Positions 52,806 to 55,170 of a stretch of 55,170 nt of DNA are shown here, piece by piece. Position 1 is the first letter of the stretch. Every line of letters begins with the position of its first letter. A program made the translations under genes and the position numbers. Source of the stretch: Deltaproteobacteria bacterium (GTDB lineage: Bacteria; Myxococcota_A; Polyangia; Polyangiales; B10-G4); the NCBI GenBank assembly GCA_003647065.1, contig QMMC01000001.1, forward strand, positions 1 through 55,170, written 5' to 3'. A model generated the notes under the pieces. That model had not been told where the DNA came from, searched no databases, and saw nothing but the letters and a program-made list of their open reading frames with translations.

Positions 52806-55028
52806 CTACTCTCCCGGCTGACGCCCGTGATCCGTGATGCGGTCCGGATGTGCGCGCATCTCGTCGAGGTCCGTCCGGGGGATCGTCGAGTGGACGAGCG
52901 GTAGCAACGTGGCGACGCTCACCGTGCCCAGGAGCACGCGGTTGTCGCTGATGTCGCTGTTGTTCGTGACGGGCCAACGCTCGCCGGTCGATGGGTTGTA
53001 GATGCCGAGGTAGACCCGGTATTCGCCGGCGGGGTAGCCCGGGGGGACCTGGACCAGGATGCGGTTCTCGATGATGTCGCCCTCGCGCCAACGGTCGGCG
53101 GGGTACATCCAGTCGCCGGGGATGTGGTCGTAGGCGATGCGCGCGTCGGTCGACTCCATGTGAATGAAGAAGTGCGTATCGGCGGGCCGTGGGCCCGGGG
53201 CGCGCCACCAGGTGGTGCAGAAGAACTCGTGGCGCTGGATGGTCTCGGTCTCCATGTCCGAGCCGATCATCTCGAGGCCGTCGCCGAAGGTGGCGGTGAT
53301 GCCGTGGAGGTCGTCCGGGGGCTCCTCGAAGACCACTTCCCGGGGCACCTGGTCCCAGAGGTCGCGGCGGCGGAAGAGCGAGAGGTAGTAGACCGAAGAC
53401 CGCGGCCAGGTCCGCACGTGCACGTACTCGCGCTTGAAGCGCGCGTTGTAGATGCCGAACTGGTGCGGGTTGTGAGCGATGTAGGGCTCCAACGTGCGCG
53501 GCGTCGGATCCGTCGCGTAGCTCTCGGCGACGCGCGCCGCGACGGTGCCGGGCACGTAGGTCGTCAGGATCGCCCACTCCGGATTGCGCTCGTAGAAGTA
53601 CTCGCGCATTTCGGCCTGCCACGCGGGCTTGTCGCGGTCGGCCTCGGTCGCGGCGAAGGCGTGGAGGCCGTAGCGGCTCCGGGCCCGGGCGATGGTGTAG
53701 TCCGTGAGGCCGATGAAATCGAGGTAGCTGAGGTCTTGGGAGTGGTAGGGCGTTGAGCCCATGTCCTGGAAGGCCACGAGGCCGCCGCGGCGCTCGTGGC
53801 GGACGATGAACTTGCCCATGTCCGGGTGGTAGTTGCCGGCCAAGTCACCGCGGCCGTTGAAGCCGGCCATCGAAGTGTAGCTGTAGCCGAAGCTCGCCCC
53901 GGCCCCGCCGAGGGAAAGGCCCACGCCGACGACCGCCGCGGCGATGGTGGCCCATCGCTTCTTGGGCAGCGCCGTCCGGAGGGCGGCCCAGAGGTTGCGC
54001 AGACCGAAGCCGCCGAGCATCGCCAGGAAGGGCAGGGCGGGCAGGTAGAGACGATGCCAGCGCATCTCGTCAGCGCCGACCTTGACGATGTAGACCATGT
54101 AGGCCGCGCAGATCACCGCCATCACCGACTTCTCGACGAGGCGCTTCTTGTCCATGAAGGCCAGCGGCGCGAGCATCACTAGGGCGCCGATGCCGTTGAA
54201 CGCGAGCATGTCGTAGAGGGTGCGGAGGCCCGTCTCGACGATGAGGAAGCTGCCCGAGGTCTTCACGTACATCGGGTTCGGGAAGAGGCCACCGAAGTAG
54301 ATGTAGCGAAAGAGGTGGACCGGGGCGGTGATGGCGAGGAGCCCGCCGAGGTAGAGCCAGGTTATCGGGTCGAGCTTCTTGGCCTTGATCGACCGATAGA
54401 TGACCGGGACCGCGAAGACGGCGCCGATGAGGTGAACCTCGGGGCGGGTGATGCAGCCGAGGCCGACGACGATGCCGCCCCAGAGGGCGAACTTCTTGCT
54501 GCCCGTGCGCAGGGCCTCGAAGGTCAGGAAGAACGAGAGGGTCGGTAGCAAGGTGCCGAGGGGGCCTTCCATGCCGCTCGTGGCCCAGAGCGTCGCCGTG
54601 CTCGAGCACGACATCCAGATGGCGGCGTAGATGTGGCCGAGGCCTGATTCGAGGCCGTAGGCGCGGCGGTGGATCATGGCCATCAGCCACAGGAGGGCCC
54701 CGATCATCAGGGTGCCGAGGATCTCGAAGACCTGGAAGAGGTCGAGGCCGAGGGCCTCGAAGGGCAGGGCGACGAAGATCCAGAGGAACGTCGTCGAGCC
54801 TTCGACGCGCTCGCCGACGTTGAAGGTCAGGCCGTTGCCGAGGAGCAGGTTCTGGGCGTAGTGCCAGGTGATGTAGGCGTCGTCTTTGACGAAGTCGAGG
54901 TTGACCAGGACGCTCAAGAGCAAGAAGAGCCAGGCGACACAGAGCGGAATCCAGAAGAGCAGGAGCTCGCGCTTCTTGGCCGGGTCCATGGGCTTCTTGG
55001 GTTCGGTCTTCGTCTCGGACTTACTCAT
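52806..55028 (-). CDS. GT-C-fold-like polytopic membrane glycosyltransferase (ArnT/PMT-like) with ~270-aa C-terminal soluble domain
   Basis: GGAG lies 8 nt upstream of ATG 55028 (MSKSETKT). The first-loop acidic motif is FVKDDAYITWHYAQNL. More than 10 TM segments are followed by a soluble C-terminus. The functional family is an inference. Confidence 0.6.
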   Translation of the reverse strand: MSKSETKTEPKKPMDPAKKRELLLFWIPLCVAWLFLLLSVLVNLDFVKDDAYITWHYAQNLLLGNGLTFNVGERVEGSTTFLWIFVALPFEALGLDLFQVFEILGTLMIGALLWLMAMIHRRAYGLESGLGHIYAAIWMSCSSTATLWATSGMEGPLGTLLPTLSFFLTFEALRTGSKKFALWGGIVVGLGCITRPEVHLIGAVFAVPVIYRSIKAKKLDPITWLYLGGLLAITAPVHLFRYIYFGGLFPNPMYVKTSGSFLIVETGLRTLYDMLAFNGIGALVMLAPLAFMDKKRLVEKSVMAVICAAYMVYIVKVGADEMRWHRLYLPALPFLAMLGGFGLRNLWAALRTALPKKRWATIAAAVVGVGLSLGGAGASFGYSYTSMAGFNGRGDLAGNYHPDMGKFIVRHERRGGLVAFQDMGSTPYHSQDLSYLDFIGLTDYTIARARSRYGLHAFAATEADRDKPAWQAEMREYFYERNPEWAILTTYVPGTVAARVAESYATDPTPRTLEPYIAHNPHQFGIYNARFKREYVHVRTWPRSSVYYLSLFRRRDLWDQVPREVVFEEPPDDLHGITATFGDGLEMIGSDMETETIQRHEFFCTTWWRAPGPRPADTHFFIHMESTDARIAYDHIPGDWMYPADRWREGDIIENRILVQVPPGYPAGEYRVYLGIYNPSTGERWPVTNNSDISDNRVLLGTVSVATLLPLVHSTIPRTDLDEMRAHPDRITDHGRQPGE

Positions 55029-55170
55029 CGGATTTCTCCGTGTCCGTGTCCCCACGAGAAGGCGCCACGAGAGGCGGGCGAGGCGAAAGCGCGCCGGAGG
55101 CGTGCGTAGCCGATGCACCGCCGGCCGTGGCGCCGGTAGTGCTTGCCGTGTCCGTGTCGGTGTCGGTGTC

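Overview
High-GC bacterial chromosomal segment. Lines I counted by hand are mostly about 65-72% G+C. The gene content suggests Myxococcota: Ser/Thr kinase-NTPase-TPR fusion, many ECF sigma factors, many lipoproteins, a DUF1592/DUF1552 pair. This is an inference I cannot verify here. I call about 45 protein-coding genes.

The one clearly core block is a translationally coupled cell-shape operon, mreB-mreC-mreD-mrdA(PBP2)-rodA at 9.35-14.84 kb, followed by a C-N hydrolase. Other well-recognised genes:
- htpG
- a 1467-aa Lhr-type helicase
- a beta-carbonic anhydrase/SulP transporter operon with a divergent NhaR-like LysR regulator
- three ECF-type sigma factor genes
- AraC, cytochrome b561, bestrophin, NUDIX, HAD and YdjM-like genes
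- a GT4 glycosyltransferase coupled to an alkaline-phosphatase-superfamily phosphodiesterase
- a GT-C-like membrane glycosyltransferase

The stretch 18.9-30.4 kb is dominated by exported proteins and lipoproteins of unknown function. It includes a mosaic lipoprotein built from eukaryote-type modules (2 P-domains, CUB-like, pacifastin-like, Kazal-like) and a lipoprotein with five Tudor/SH3-like repeats.

I saw no rRNA, tRNA, CRISPR array, transposase, integrase or reverse transcriptase, and I cannot point to one complete, clearly novel multi-gene system. The most unusual signals are:
1. Two long, perfect, AT-rich-core inverted repeats (31-bp and 26-bp arms) in intergenic regions. They share GGGGACG outer termini.
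2. An anti-sigma-less ECF-like sigma factor translationally coupled to a beta-helix lipoprotein, convergent with the kinase-NTPase-TPR gene.
3. The mosaic protease-inhibitor-like lipoprotein, with three phased 12-bp repeats abutting its RBS.
4. A lower-GC islet (51.7-52.8 kb) carrying a minimal-nucleotidyltransferase-like gene overlapped by a small upstream ORF.

Many long ORFs in the supplied track are antisense or off-frame artefacts of high GC and were rejected.
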